64,000 nt of DNA from Candidatus Eremiobacteria bacterium (GCA_963737065.1 CAVTRC010000001.1:2368001-2432000), one strand, 5' to 3'. Shown: positions 50,212-62,990, numbered from the stretch's first letter. The notes: a model not told the origin generated them from the sequence alone. A program made the numbers and translations.

Positions 50212-50829
50212 ATGAAGACGTCATTTGCAACTCTCGTCCAACGGCTTCGCCGACCCAAGCGCGGGCTCGATGAAGAACATCGCTTCCGTGAGCGCCATCC
50301 GGACGCCGTGATCGGGGACGATGTTCTCCTGCGTGGGTCAGATCGCATCTCCGCCGGAAAGCGCTTGTTCTTGGATCATCGTGCGTATCTTAATACCGGC
50401 ACGTTGAATGATGGACGGGGTTTTATCCGGATGGGTGACAATGTCGAAATCGGTCCATATGCAGTGCTTTGGGGCGCAGGCGGTATTTCGATTGGGAACA
50501 ACGTACATATTGGTGCGCATGTCAGTATAACAGCACACGAAGCTCTTCAAATCTCGCCGGATCGGACCGACGTGTTTGCGCCCCTTGAGTTCGAATTTGC
50601 GCCGGTATCGATCGAGGACCACGTCCTAATCTGCTCGGGGGTTCAGATCGTACCCGGAGTGACGATCGGCCATCACGCAATGGTCGGTGGCGGAGCGGTA
50701 GTCGTGAAAGATGTTCCACCGTACGCCCTCGTCGTTGGATGCCCGGCGCGAGTTATACGCTATAGCACAGTGAACGGCACCGCTTCAACGGAATCGCTTC
50801 GAACGTTTGACGTTGCCGAACGCAACTAA
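50212..50829 (+). CDS. Hexapeptide-repeat (LbH) acyltransferase
   Basis: GDNVEIG, IGNNVHIG, PGVTIGHHAMVGGGAVVVKDVPPYALVVGCPARVI. Confidence 0.9.
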   Translation: MKTSFATLVQRLRRPKRGLDEEHRFRERHPDAVIGDDVLLRGSDRISAGKRLFLDHRAYLNTGTLNDGRGFIRMGDNVEIGPYAVLWGAGGISIGNNVHIGAHVSITAHEALQISPDRTDVFAPLEFEFAPVSIEDHVLICSGVQIVPGVTIGHHAMVGGGAVVVKDVPPYALVVGCPARVIRYSTVNGTASTESLRTFDVAERN

Positions 50830-51112
50830 CCATTTCCTCGAACATCGATCACCAGGCCCGTTCAACAATGCGGCGTTTGTTGGGGCGTGATTCGGACGGG
50901 TTTAGCGCGCTGTGTCCCGATGGCCATGGTTTGGAACAGCTGTCTAACGGCGAGATTCGCTGTTCAAGCCCGTGCCGGGAGAAGCCGATCCTGCAATTAA
51001 CGTGCCGGCAATAGCGCCCGTCGCACCTGCGACTTTTTGCAGCTCGAAGGAGCAAAATCATAGCATCCGACAGCGTGTAGCGTCGATGAGTGGGCTAGCA
51101 TAGCTGACTTCT

Positions 51113-51482
51113 TCAATCGCCGGATGAACCCGCTGCCATCGGCAAGAGTTCGTATGCTCCTTGCGTCACCACGCGTGCTCCCGGCTGCAATGCGGATGCC
51201 GCAATTGCTGTCCGGTCTCCCGATTGCAACTTGATCGTCACCGGCACCGCTTTGTACTTTCCGTCAGCTACGGCGACATACACCAATGGACTGCCGGTCT
51301 GGGGATCCTTGGCACTGCAGTACGGGCACGACAAATGCATCGCCCCTGTGCGTACCACAATTGGGGCCTTTGCCGCTGCGCCCGGCGTAAGGGCCGCATG
51401 ATCGGGCTGGATGCGAACAGTCATCGTCCGCGTTTCTTCACTCAAAGCCGGGCTTAGAACTTGCACTCTGCCTGATATTACG
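51113..51482 (-). pseudogene. Efflux RND periplasmic adaptor, C-terminal remnant cut by IS481
   Basis: GRVQVLSPALSEETRTMTVR...VPVTI...LQPGARVVTQGAYEL. Confidence 0.75.
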
Positions 51483-52655
51483 TGCAATAGTCAGGATATG
51501 ATCGGACAGTTGGTGAATCTCACCGGGTCCACCTTCTGGGGAAACGATCATGAGCAACCAAGAGAAGAAAATCATCAAAGGTAAGGTTGGCCTTCTGAAC
51601 CTCGCCAAGCAATTGGGTAACGTTAGCGAGGCCTGCAAGGTCATGGGGTACAGCCGCGATACGTTCTATCGTATTCGCGATATGTACGAGACTGGCGGCG
51701 AGACGGCGCTGGTCGAAATCAGCCGACGAAAGCCGAACCTAAAGAACCGTATTGCAGCGGAGGTGGAAGAGGCAATCGTTACGCTTGCGATCGAGCAGCC
51801 GGCGTACGGGCAGGTCCGCGTTGCGAACGAATTGCGTAAGCGCGGCATGACGGTTTCGCCCGCCGGCGTTCGCTGCATCTGGCAACGGCACGATCTTGAA
51901 ACGACAAAAAAGCGGCTGAAGGCGCTGGAAGCCAAGAGCGCCCAAGAAGGGCTCGTGTTGACCGAATCGCAGCTCGCGGCGCTTGAAAAGGCGCAGCTCG
52001 ACAAAGAAGCGCACGGGGAATTCGAAAGTGAGTGCCCCGGATATTGCGGTGCGCAAGATACGTTTTACGTCGGCACGCTTAAAGGCGTGGGACGCGTCTA
52101 CCAGCAGACGTTCCTGGATACCTATACGAAGGTCGCGTTCGCCAAGCTCTATAGCGATAAGACGCCGGTTACGGCTGCCGATCTTCTCAACGATCGCGTG
52201 CTGCCGTTCTTTGAAGAGTACGACTTGCGCCTCGTCCGCGTGCTTACCGATCGCGGAACGGAGTTCAATGGCGACCCGCAAAAGCATCCGTACCAACTCT
52301 ATCTGGCAATCGAAGACATCGATCATACACGCACGAAGGTGAAGAGCCCACAGACCAACGGCATCGTCGAACGCTTCCACAAGACGATTCTCAACGAATT
52401 CTACCGTATTGCTTTCCGCAAGAAGATCTACGAAAGCATCGAAGCCTTGCAGGCCGACCTCGACGCCTGGGTTCGGAGTTATAACACCGAGCGACCACAC
52501 CAAGGACGCTGGTGCTACGGAAAGACACCGATGCAAACGTTCATTGACAGCATCGAACTCGCGAAAGAAAAGCTTATCGCATAATCAGGCAGCTACGATA
52601 TCACTGACAACCCGGTAAGATTCGTCGGCTGTCCGATCATATACTGGCTTGTACA
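51483..52655 (+). mobile_element. IS481-family element, 1173 bp, 46-bp imperfect terminal IRs, no target duplication
   Basis: Left tgcaatagtcaggatatgatcggacag...ccgggt matches the reverse complement of right acccgg...ctgtccgatcatatactggcttgtaca. Confidence 0.92.
51550..52584 (+). CDS. IS481-family transposase
   Basis: [47 protein letters not shown]. Confidence 0.96.
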   Translation: MSNQEKKIIKGKVGLLNLAKQLGNVSEACKVMGYSRDTFYRIRDMYETGGETALVEISRRKPNLKNRIAAEVEEAIVTLAIEQPAYGQVRVANELRKRGMTVSPAGVRCIWQRHDLETTKKRLKALEAKSAQEGLVLTESQLAALEKAQLDKEAHGEFESECPGYCGAQDTFYVGTLKGVGRVYQQTFLDTYTKVAFAKLYSDKTPVTAADLLNDRVLPFFEEYDLRLVRVLTDRGTEFNGDPQKHPYQLYLAIEDIDHTRTKVKSPQTNGIVERFHKTILNEFYRIAFRKKIYESIEALQADLDAWVRSYNTERPHQGRWCYGKTPMQTFIDSIELAKEKLIA

Positions 52656-52656
52656 C

Positions 52657-53633
<977 letters not shown>

Positions 53634-53659
53634 CCGGCGCTAACAATGAGGATTACTGG

Positions 53660-53758
53660 AGTGCCCTGGGGGAGTCTGTTACGTGGCGGTAAGGGGTAAT
53701 GCACCCCCTGGCATGGGGGCCCCACGTCGTGGGGGGCGCGGAGCTCCGAGCGGAGCGC
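53660..53758 (+). repeat. REP-like repeat copy C
   Basis: gtgccctgggggagtc...taatgcaccccctggcatgggggccccacgtcgtggggggcgcggagctccgagcggagcgc. Confidence 0.85.
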
Positions 53759-53779
53759 AGTCTACCACGATCAATGGGG

Positions 53780-53884
53780 GTGCCCTAGGGGAGTCTTTGG
53801 CATGGCAGTAAGACCTAATGCACCCCCTAGCATGGGGGCCCCACGAAGTGGGGGGCGCGGAGCTTCGAGCGGAGCGCCTTCAAA
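53780..53884 (+). repeat. REP-like repeat copy D, tandem to C
   Basis: gtgccctaggggagtc...taatgcaccccctagcatgggggccccacgaagtggggggcgcggagcttcgagcggagcgccttcaaa. Confidence 0.85.
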
Positions 53885-54796
53885 CTGAAGATCTATCACG
53901 AGCCCTTTCGGGAGAACGAGCGGCCGTTGTCGCTTGCGATCGGGTTCTTCGATGGCATGCACCGGGGGCATCGCGAGATCGCGCGAGCTGCATTTCGCAT
54001 GCGAAAGCCCGGATGGCGCAGCGGCGTATTGACGTTTGCAAATCATCCGGCGGAACATTTGCGTCCGGGAAGCCAGCCGCCGCTATTGACGACGAACGAC
54101 GAGCGAATCGACCTCTTCGCAAAGACCGGCTTCGAAGAGTGTTTTTTCATCCGCTTCGATCAGTCGATTGCAGACCTCACACCGCAAGCGTTTCTCGATC
54201 AACTCGTGGGTGTTCTCGGAGTGCGCGCGGTCGCGGTCGGCGCGACGTTTCGCTTCGGTCATAAGCGTGCCGGCGATACCGGGTTGATGCAGCGCTATTT
54301 TGGCGAGCATGATGTCGCGTTCACGGCAGTCGACAACGTGATGGATGGCGGCGAGCGCATCTCGAGCACGCGCATCCGCAGACTCGTGGAAGACGGCAAT
54401 TTGGAGCTTGCCGATCACCTCCTCGGACACGCCTACGAATTGCGAGGAGAAGTCAGATTGGGATTCGGTCGCGGTCACGACCTCGGATTTCCGACCGCTA
54501 ACCTTGGCGTGCCGGAAAAACTGCTGCCGAGGGACGGGGTTTATTCCGCGGTTGCGCGGTACGACGGGCGCGATTACGCCGCGCTCGTTTCGATCGGAAC
54601 GAATCCCCAGTTCGACGGCGCGTGTCGTACGATAGAGGTCTGGATGCGCGATTTTCACGAGACGATCTACGGACACGAACTCGCGGTGCGCGACCTGCGT
54701 TACGTGCGCGAGCAGCGCGTGTTTGGCTCGGTAGACGAATTGATCGCTCAAATGCGCACCGACCTTGCGGCGGTCGCGTACCCGGTGTATGGATAA
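53885..54796 (+). CDS. ribF: Riboflavin kinase/FAD synthetase; probable CTG start at 53885
   Basis: IGFFDGMHRGH, FRFG, ISSTRIR, GFPTANL. Confidence 0.96.
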   Translation: MKIYHEPFRENERPLSLAIGFFDGMHRGHREIARAAFRMRKPGWRSGVLTFANHPAEHLRPGSQPPLLTTNDERIDLFAKTGFEECFFIRFDQSIADLTPQAFLDQLVGVLGVRAVAVGATFRFGHKRAGDTGLMQRYFGEHDVAFTAVDNVMDGGERISSTRIRRLVEDGNLELADHLLGHAYELRGEVRLGFGRGHDLGFPTANLGVPEKLLPRDGVYSAVARYDGRDYAALVSIGTNPQFDGACRTIEVWMRDFHETIYGHELAVRDLRYVREQRVFGSVDELIAQMRTDLAAVAYPVYG

Positions 54797-54800
54797 GATA

Positions 54801-55316
54801 ATGAAACGTATTGCTGGTATTCTGGCTGTGATCGCGCTCAGCGCGTGCGCGCACGCAACGAGCAGCGACGCGACGGCTGACAATACCGGGCCGGTCTCAC
54901 TAGCAAAGGTCGGTACGAAAGCTCCGGCATTCGACGAACCGACCGTTGCGGGCACGAAGCTGTCGATGGCAGAGCTTCGCGGAAAGCCGGTCTATCTGAA
55001 CTTCTTCGCCAGCTGGTGTCCGCCGTGCAATGAAGAAGCGCCGGACGTGAACGCGGTTCAGCTACAATTCAAGGGCGACGGCTTGCAAGTGGTCGGCGTC
55101 GACATTCTCGAAGATAAGACGAAGGCGAAGCTCTTCGTTGACCAGCATCGTTTGAGCTATCCGGCCGTCGTGGATTCCGGAACGTTGCGCGACGCGTACA
55201 ACATCAACGGCATGCCCGTTCACGTGTTCATCGACCGCAGCGGCGTCGTGAGGAAAATCGCAATCGGGGAGCTCTCAAAAGCCGAGATGATCGCTGACGT
55301 AAAAACAGTTCTCTGA
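54801..55316 (+). CDS. TlpA/ResA-like thiol-disulfide oxidoreductase lipoprotein
   Basis: LSAC lipobox, NFFASWCPPCNEEAP, GMPVHVFIDR. Confidence 0.92.
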   Translation: MKRIAGILAVIALSACAHATSSDATADNTGPVSLAKVGTKAPAFDEPTVAGTKLSMAELRGKPVYLNFFASWCPPCNEEAPDVNAVQLQFKGDGLQVVGVDILEDKTKAKLFVDQHRLSYPAVVDSGTLRDAYNINGMPVHVFIDRSGVVRKIAIGELSKAEMIADVKTVL

Positions 55317-55325
55317 GGGCGTGAC

Positions 55326-55883
55326 CTAGATCTTCTCGTAGAGTTGCGCAACATCGATGCGTAATTGCGGATAGATGTCGCTCTTGGCGATTTCGCCGGC
55401 GTTGAATTCGTGAACCGCGTCTGCGTCGTAGAGGACGATGTTCCGCTCGATAGGATTCGCGACGACGATCAATCGGGTTCCACTCGCACGATAAATCCGG
55501 ATCTTTTGCTCGAGCACCGTGCGCCGGTCGTCGGGTGAAACGACTTCGACCGCGATATCCGGGGCGATCGTCGGCTTTTCACGCAATTCACCCAGTTCCG
55601 GCGGCATGCGTGCGAATGAAACGTATGCGACGTCGGGCACGAGCGAGCTCGGTCTCGTTCCGGGCGCGAGGATATAGAAACGCCATTCCGTTCCCGTTTC
55701 GCCGCTTTCACCGAACGCAGTAGTAAGAATTTGCCAAAGCCGCCCTTGCACCAACGCATGCCGGCGGCGCGGGCTCACTTTTTGCTGCCACGAGCCGCAG
55801 ATAGATTCGATGGCCGGTTTAACCTCCGGGATACCGAGATCAGGCGCTTCTTGCATCGTGGCCATGACACATAAGGCGATCAC
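55326..55883 (-). CDS. Uma2 family (DUF820) putative endonuclease
   Basis: VPDVAYV, APDIAVEVVSPDD, KIRIY. Confidence 0.9.
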   Translation of the reverse strand: MIALCVMATMQEAPDLGIPEVKPAIESICGSWQQKVSPRRRHALVQGRLWQILTTAFGESGETGTEWRFYILAPGTRPSSLVPDVAYVSFARMPPELGELREKPTIAPDIAVEVVSPDDRRTVLEQKIRIYRASGTRLIVVANPIERNIVLYDADAVHEFNAGEIAKSDIYPQLRIDVAQLYEKI

Positions 55884-56332
55884 TCCTTCGTGCAGATGTC
55901 GCTACCCCGATCGATCACTTTCCCATTGATGCGCTGCGCGAATTTACGTTGGATCGTGCCGTTCGGCATCAACGTCCACGTGATGTCGGGCGTTGTGTCT
56001 TTCGCACCACCGACCGGGTAGTACACGCCGGTCCAATGCCACGTACGCCCATCGGAAGGCAGCGGCGAGGAGAGCCGCGCCAGCGCGCCATCGGTGTGAA
56101 AATCGCTGTAGAGGTAGGCGTTTTCTTGCGGCAGCCAGCCGACGTATGCGGTGCCGCCGAGGTGGTCTTTGTCGGTCCCGTACGTCACAAGGGTCCACGC
56201 CGTGCCGGCGGGACTCGTGATGGACCATTGCGTGTGATAGTTCTCGTTGCCGCACGTCCACGATCCGCCGAAGTCGTGGAAGAACTGCGTCGCCGCGGAC
56301 GTGACCGCAGCGAGAACGAGCGCTGAGAGCAT
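55880..56332 (-). CDS. Secreted hypothetical protein, Trp-rich beta fold
   Basis: Short signal peptide; GSWTC near N-terminus and terminal Cys. Confidence 0.7.
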   Translation of the reverse strand: MLSALVLAAVTSAATQFFHDFGGSWTCGNENYHTQWSITSPAGTAWTLVTYGTDKDHLGGTAYVGWLPQENAYLYSDFHTDGALARLSSPLPSDGRTWHWTGVYYPVGGAKDTTPDITWTLMPNGTIQRKFAQRINGKVIDRGSDICTKE

Positions 56333-56365
56333 GCGGACTCCTTCATCGGGTCAGGATGACACGGG

Positions 56366-58273
56366 TTAGGCGGCTCTTACAACGAGTGAATCTCCTTGCA
56401 GTGTGACGTCGGCGGTTCCACCTTCGCCCAGTTCCCCGCGCAGAATGGCGCTCGATAGCGGCGTGGAGACGTAATGGGAGACGGTCCGTTGCACGTACCG
56501 TGCACCGCTCCCCGCGCCCATCGACACTTTTGCGAGGTACCGTTTCGCTTCGTCCGAGAGACGAAGTGTAACGTTACGCGTGCCGAGTCGTTGCGCCAGC
56601 GCATCGACGTGAATTTCAACGATTGTTTCGATTTGCGGCAGCTGCAATTCGTTAAAGCGGACGACGTCATCGATCCGGTTGAGCAACTCCGGCCGGAACG
56701 AGAGATCCATCTCGTCTTCGGGAAGGTTCGTCGTGAGCACGATCAGCGTGTGGCGGAAATCGATCGTGCGGCCCTTCGCATCGGTAACGCGCCCGTCGTC
56801 GAGAATCTGTAGCAGAATCGCAGCAACGTCGGGGTGCGCTTTTTCGAGTTCGTCGAAGAGCACGACGCAGTACGGGCGGCGGCGAACCGGTTCCGTCAGC
56901 TGTCCCGGCTCATCGTGACCTTGGTATCCCGGCGGCGCGCCGAGCAGCCGCGAAACGGTGTGCGCTTCCGTGAATTCCGAAAGATCGATCCGCACCAGTG
57001 CATTCTCCGTGCCGAACAATGCTTCGGCCAGAGCTTTCGCAAGCTCCGTTTTGCCGACGCCGCTCGGTCCCGCGAAAAGAAAACTGCCGAGCGGCTTGCG
57101 GGGATCGTGCAGGCCGGCGCGCGCGCGGCGAATCGCTTCCGACACCGCTCCAATCGCGCGTTTCTGTCCGATCACGCGGCGTGATAGCACGGATTCGAGT
57201 TCCAGCAACGCATTCGCTTGCGACTCCGAAAGCGTCGCTTGCGGAATTCCCGTCCATTTCGTGACGACTGCCGCAACCGTTTGCGCGGTCACCGGCGGCC
57301 GCACGACAGCGCCTTTGTTCATCAGAGCGACGTTCGCTGCCGCTTCGTCCATGAGATCGATCGCCTTATCCGGCAAGAATCGGTCGGCAATGTAACGCGC
57401 CGATAGCTGGGCTGCGGCGTCGATCGCATCATCGGCAATCGTGACATTGTGATGCTCGGCGTATTTGCTGCGCAATCCGCGCAGGATGGCGATCGTCGCT
57501 TCGATGCTCGGCTCTTCGACCATTACCGGTTGGAAGCGCCGTTCCAGTGCAGCATCCGACTCGATGTATTTCCGGTACTCATCGAACGTCGTTGCGCCGA
57601 TGCATTGGAGATCGCCGCGAGCGAGTTCCGGTTTGATCATCGAACCCAGATCGAGCGAACCCTCCGCGGCACCCGCGCCGACGAGCGTATGCAGTTCGTC
57701 GATGAACAGAATCACGTCGCGAGCGCTGCGTTTGACCTCATCGAGGATCCGTTTCACGCGGCTCTCGAATTCGCCGCGGTATTTCGTGCCGGCAACGAGC
57801 GGTCCGAGTGAGAGCGAAAGCACGCGCTTGTTCCGAAGCGCGGACGGAACGTTTCCCGCGACGATGCGCTGCGCCAGACCCTCGACGATCGCGGTCTTGC
57901 CGACGCCCGGTTCGCCGACGAGTACGGGATTGTTTTTGCTGCGGCGCGCGAGGATCGATACGACCCGTTCGATTTCATCGTCGCGTCCGACCACGGGATC
58001 GAGTTTTCCGTTTCGCGCGAGATCGGTGAGGTCGCGCGAAAAATTCTGCAGGGTCGGCGTTCCGGCGAGCGGGCTAAGGCGCTTGCTCAGTTCTTCGCGA
58101 TTCTCGAGCAGCAACGCGCCGCCGGCGACGAGACCCGCCGCAGCAAGTGCCGCGCCGAGAAACGGAAGCGCCCGCGTTGCGGCTTGCCGTTGCAAGCAGA
58201 TGTTGCAGAGCGACCCACGGCCGCTGAAGGTCGTCGCCGGACGCTGTCCGCAGGATTCGCACGTGTTCGTCAT
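56366..58273 (-). CDS. Clp/Hsp100 ATPase with two AAA+ domains and atypical N-terminus
   Basis: [42 protein letters not shown]-terminal CxxC...CxxC plus hydrophobic helix. Confidence 0.93.
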   Translation of the reverse strand: MTNTCESCGQRPATTFSGRGSLCNICLQRQAATRALPFLGAALAAAGLVAGGALLLENREELSKRLSPLAGTPTLQNFSRDLTDLARNGKLDPVVGRDDEIERVVSILARRSKNNPVLVGEPGVGKTAIVEGLAQRIVAGNVPSALRNKRVLSLSLGPLVAGTKYRGEFESRVKRILDEVKRSARDVILFIDELHTLVGAGAAEGSLDLGSMIKPELARGDLQCIGATTFDEYRKYIESDAALERRFQPVMVEEPSIEATIAILRGLRSKYAEHHNVTIADDAIDAAAQLSARYIADRFLPDKAIDLMDEAAANVALMNKGAVVRPPVTAQTVAAVVTKWTGIPQATLSESQANALLELESVLSRRVIGQKRAIGAVSEAIRRARAGLHDPRKPLGSFLFAGPSGVGKTELAKALAEALFGTENALVRIDLSEFTEAHTVSRLLGAPPGYQGHDEPGQLTEPVRRRPYCVVLFDELEKAHPDVAAILLQILDDGRVTDAKGRTIDFRHTLIVLTTNLPEDEMDLSFRPELLNRIDDVVRFNELQLPQIETIVEIHVDALAQRLGTRNVTLRLSDEAKRYLAKVSMGAGSGARYVQRTVSHYVSTPLSSAILRGELGEGGTADVTLQGDSLVVRAA

Positions 58274-58308
58274 GCCTAGCAGTACCCGCGGGCGCGCCGT
58301 TCGTTTCG

Positions 58309-59013
58309 TTATGGGCCGGCCGAAAAGGTCACCGTGACGTTGGCCGTGACGTTCACGCTGCCGGCGTCGAAAACCGTCGGCGCTTGCGAGGTCGCGGCCT
58401 CCTTCGCCATAACCATCGGGCGAATGATTCCGGGCGCTCCCTCGAGCTGAATGCTGCGGATCCCGGTAATCCGCAGGCCTGCCGCTCGCGCGAGATCGTC
58501 TGCCTTTGCGCGCGCGTCGTTGACCGCGTTGCGCGCGGCTTGCGCGCGAGCGCGCTCGGGATCGGCGAGTCCGAACGCGACGTTCTCGATATTCGTCGCG
58601 CCGGCTGCAGTCGCGGCATCGACGACCGCGCCGGCACGATCGATCGAACGCACTTTGATCGCGAACGAACGCGACACGGTATAGCCGTATTGGTCGAACG
58701 GCGTCGGGTTCGCCGGCATCGGATTGGGCCGAGGCACGTAATTGACGTTGTAATACGTGAGCGCGATGTCATCGCGTCTGATGCCGCTGCGAACGAGAGC
58801 CGCGGTGACCGCATTGTAGCGATTGTTGTTCTCGGAGACCGCCCCTGATGCCGACGATGCCGTCGTCACCACGGAAGCATTGACCGTCGCCTGATCGGGC
58901 ATCATCGAAACACTCGCGGTTCCGATGACCGAAATAGCCGTGGATTGCGCCGCGCCTGCAACGCCGGTGAGGGCGGCAACGCACAAAGCGAAGGGAACGA
59001 GCAGTCGATTCAT
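58309..59013 (-). CDS. SIMPL domain (DUF541/YggE-like) protein
   Basis: Signal peptide, [31 protein letters not shown]. Confidence 0.9.
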   Translation of the reverse strand: MNRLLVPFALCVAALTGVAGAAQSTAISVIGTASVSMMPDQATVNASVVTTASSASGAVSENNNRYNAVTAALVRSGIRRDDIALTYYNVNYVPRPNPMPANPTPFDQYGYTVSRSFAIKVRSIDRAGAVVDAATAAGATNIENVAFGLADPERARAQAARNAVNDARAKADDLARAAGLRITGIRSIQLEGAPGIIRPMVMAKEAATSQAPTVFDAGSVNVTANVTVTFSAGP

Positions 59014-59087
59014 ACCACTAGTAACGACCCGTCGTCCGGTTTAATTTCCGGCGCGAGGGGAGAAGATAGCGACCAGAGGAGGTAGCG

Positions 59088-59351
59088 ATGGGCATTATTC
59101 TTTGGATCATCTTCGGGATCATCGTTGGCGCAATAGCACGGTGGATCGTTCCGGGCGAGGGCCCGGGCGGAATTATCGGTGACTTGATCGTCGGTATCAT
59201 CGGCGCCGTTATCGGCGGATGGGTCTACGGATTATTCGGCCATACCGGTGTCAGCGGCTTCAATATAGGAAGCTTCATTTGCGCGATCATCGGCGCGGTC
59301 ATACTGCTGTGGATCGTTCGTGCGGTTTCGGGACGCCGTACAGTAGCGTAG
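59088..59351 (+). CDS. GlsB/YeaQ/YmgE stress-response membrane protein
   Basis: WIIFGIIVGAIARWIVPG, GIIGAVIGG; GGAGG SD. Confidence 0.92.
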   Translation: MGIILWIIFGIIVGAIARWIVPGEGPGGIIGDLIVGIIGAVIGGWVYGLFGHTGVSGFNIGSFICAIIGAVILLWIVRAVSGRRTVA

Positions 59352-59455
59352 GACAGAAGTCTTAGACCCCCTCGGCGCGAAGGCGTAGGCTCGGAGCAGT
59401 GCTAATACGGCTCGAAGTTTATCACCGCGTTCTCGTCTGAGGGGTCTTTTTTTCC

Positions 59456-59707
59456 ATGGCGTACATCATCACCGAACCGTGTATCGGCACAAAAGACAAG
59501 TCTTGCGTCGACGTGTGCCCGGTCGATTGTATCCACGGTAAAGACGAGGAAGAGCAGCTCTTTATCGACCCCGAAGTCTGCATTGACTGCGGCGCGTGCG
59601 TTTCCGCATGCCCCGTGGAAGCGATTTTCGCAGACTCCGACGTGCCTGAGAAATGGCAAAACTTCATTGAGATCAACGCGGAGTACTTCAAGAAGGCGAA
59701 CGCGTAG
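59456..59707 (+). CDS. Dicluster ferredoxin (FdxA-like)
   Basis: CVDVCPVDCI, CIDCGACVSACPV. Confidence 0.94.
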   Translation: MAYIITEPCIGTKDKSCVDVCPVDCIHGKDEEEQLFIDPEVCIDCGACVSACPVEAIFADSDVPEKWQNFIEINAEYFKKANA

Positions 59708-59746
59708 CTCCAACCGCTGCCGCAACTTCTGCAGTCTCGAAACGGG

Positions 59747-60425
59747 TTGGCGCCCTTGATGCGCCGGCCCGTTTGCGTTTCTCACGTCAACAAAATTTAC
59801 GACCGCGGCACGGTCGCGCTCGACGATGTTAGCGTCGCTGTCGATGCCGGCGAACTGGTCGCTTTGCTCGGTCCGAGCGGGTGTGGGAAGAGTACATTGC
59901 TCAATCTCGTCGGTTGCATCGACCTTCCGGATAGCGGTGAAGTGCGCATCGACGACGTGGCGACATCGACGCTCTCCGACGACGCGCTGACGACGCTTCG
60001 CAGGGATCGGATCGGCACCGTGTTTCAATTCTTCAATTTGCTGCCGACGTTGTCGCTGCGCGAAAACGTCGCATTGCCGCTCGTACTGCAGCACCGTAAC
60101 GGCGCTGAAGTCGACCGGCGCGTACGCGGCGCGCTCGAAGCAGTTGGTATTCTCGAACGTGCCGACGCGCTGCCAGCGCACGTCTCCGGCGGTCAGCTGC
60201 AACGCGCCGCAATCGCGCGCGCAATCGTTCACGAACCGTCGATCGTACTTGCGGACGAGCCGACCGGAAATCTCGACTCGCAGAACGGCGATCTCGTGCT
60301 GTCGATTCTCGTCGACCTCGCGCGTCGCGGGCAAGCGATTCTGATGGCGACGCATAGCCCTGACGCGGCAGCACGCGCGACGCGCCGAATTCAGATGCGG
60401 GACGGACATATCGATCGTACCATGA
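59747..60425 (+). CDS. ABC transporter ATP-binding protein (LolD/MacB type); in frame with the permease as sequenced
   Basis: GPSGCGKST, VSGGQLQR, ADEPTGNLD. Confidence 0.92.
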
Positions 60426-62990
60426 GCTCCGCCTCGCTGTTGTTTCGTGCGCTGGTTTCCGGATACGCGCGCTCGCATGCGATGCGTTCCATCGTCACGC
60501 TCGTTGCGGTGGCGCTCGGCGTGGCAAGCGCGTATGCAATCGAGCTGGCAAATTCGACCGCGATCGCGTCCTTTTCAACGAGCGTCAACGTCATTGCCAA
60601 CCGGGTCAACGTGCAAGTCGTCGGCACCGGAGAGGGATTCGACGAGCGCGCGTTGCTACGCGTGCAGCGCGTGCCCGGGGTGATCGCAGCAAGCCCCGTC
60701 GTGAGCGGCGATTTCGTCGTCGGCGTCCGTTCGAATCCGCTCGGCGCAGAGATCGTCCGTATCCTCGGAATCGACAGTACGCGCGGAACGACGCCACCGG
60801 GCGTTCGTGACGCGCAGTCGTCCGCGGCGGCGTTCGATTTGCATCGCTTCATCGATGAGAACGGCATCTTTGTCAGCGAACGGATCGCGCGAACGTATCA
60901 TGCGCGAACCGGAGGGTCGCTGCGCGGGTACGCCGGCGCAACGCCGGTGTCGCTCAACGTTATGGCGGTTATTCCGCCGCATACCGCAGGCGTCGACTCC
61001 AGCGTCGCGTTCGTCGATATCGCGACCGCGCAACGCGTCTTTTCCTCGATCGGCCGACTCGATCGGATCGATATCGAGGCGGATCCTGCGCGCGTGAAGG
61101 CGGTCGTCGCCGCGCTCGAGCGCATCGTTCCACCCGGAGCGCGCGTGCTCACGCCGCGGACGCGGACCGGCGAAATTCAGCGGATGCTTGCGAGCTTCAC
61201 GATGAATCTCTCCGCGCTTGCCGACGTCGCGCTACTCGTCGGTATGTACTTAATCTACAACGCCGTCGCGATATCGGTCGTACAGCGTGCATCTGAAATC
61301 GGTACGCTCCGCGCGCTCGGCGCCCGGCGGCGTCAGATTTTCTGGTCGTTCGTGAGCGAGGGTGCGCTCTACGGAGTCGTCGGATCGCTGCTCGGATTGT
61401 TGTTCGGATGGTACCTCGCGCGTTTTTCGCTCGCGGCGGTCGAAACGACCGTTTCCGCCCTCTATGTCGGAGCGCATGCCGACGCCGTTGTTTGGAGTTG
61501 GCGTGCGACGCTCGAGTCATTTGCGCTCGGTACGGTGCTCTCCATGGCTGCAGCGGCGATTCCGGCAGTCGGCGCGGCCGCGACCGCACCCGCGCGCATC
61601 ATGCGCAATACCGGCGCGCGCCGAAGCAAAGGTTCGCGGATTCACGCGCATGACGGCGCTGCTCGGTGCGGCACTCCTCTTGGCCGCTGCAGGGTTCGCG
61701 CGATTACCCGCGATCGGCGACAGCGTTCCGTTCTTCGGATACGTCGCCGGAATCTGCGCAATGGCGGGCATTTCGTTGGAAGCACCGCTCGTGCTCGCAC
61801 TGCTGACGCGGCCGCTTGCGCGGCTCGCACGTGCCGCACCCGTCACGCTTGCTGCCGCGTTCCTTCACGCATCGCCACGACGGATCGCGGTTGCCGTGGC
61901 GTCGCTCACGGTTGCCGTTGCGATGATGATCGCGATTGCCGTACTCGTGGGATCGTTTCGCAGCACGGTCGTCGCGTGGACGAACGACACGCTCGCAGCC
62001 GACCTCTACATTAGCGCGCCGGGCGCGGCGGATGCAACGCTGCGCGGCGCGTTCTCGCCGCGCGCCGTTGCGGTTGTCACAAAGCAACGCGGGGTTGCCG
62101 AAGTCGATACCTTCCGCGGACTCGACGTTCCGCTCGATGGACGTTTCGCCCAACTCGGCGCGACGAATTTCCGCGCGGTGATCCGTCGGCATAAGCTGCG
62201 ATTTCTCGGACACCCCGACCGCGCGTCGCTGGTGCACCGTATGCAAACCGAGAACGCTACCGTCATCAGCGTGCCGTTTGCGACGCATTTCGGCCTCGCA
62301 CCCGGAGACTCGTTTTCGATTCCGACGCCTTCGGGAATCACGACGCTGCACATCATTGGCCAATACAACGACTACTCTACGGGCGGCGGTACGTTTTTCA
62401 TCGACGCGTCTGCGTTTCGCCGCCTCTTCCACGATGCCAACGTCGATTCGATGGCGGTGTACCTTCGGGAGGGCGCGAGCGTGCCGCGCGTGCGAACCGC
62501 GATCGAACGCGCCCTCCTGCCGATGCACGTAAGCATTAATTCGAACGCCGAACTCCGAGCGTACGCGCTCTCCGTGTTCGATCGCACCTTCGCGATCACC
62601 AACGCGCTCTACGCGGTCAGCATCATTATCGCGGTGCTCGGTGTCGTCAGTACGCTCTTTGCACTGGTGCTCGAGCGGCGCATCGACATCGCGCTGCTGC
62701 GCTACGTCGGCCTTACCGCCCGCGGCGTGCAGCGCGTCGTTTTTTTACAGGCGCTCGTCGTCGGCATCGTCTCCGGGTTTCTCGGCATTCTGCTCGGTAT
62801 CGCGCTTGCCGCCGACCTGATCTACGTTATCAACCGGCAAAGCTTTGGCTGGTTGATCGAGTGGCAGACGCCGGGCGCGTTCTACGCGCAGGCGTTCGTA
62901 ATGGTCGTGATTGCCGCAATTATCGCGGCGATCTACCCCGCGCGCGTTGCGTCGACGATCAAAACATCGGAGGTCTTGCGTGTGGAGTAA
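60422..62990 (+). CDS. FtsX-like double-repeat ABC permease; +1 frameshift near 61618
   Basis: QRASEIGTLRALGA and ERRIDIALLRYVG motifs; continuity across two frames. Confidence 0.88.

Noticed and set aside
53660..53884. Tandem repeats as a CRISPR mini-array or tRNA attachment site
   Set aside because: Units are ~100 bp, degenerate and palindromic, with no spacer pattern or cloverleaf
55326..55883. Uma2 nuclease as part of a defence or RM system with the MTase-like gene
   Set aside because: About 36 kb apart; Uma2 genes are commonly solitary
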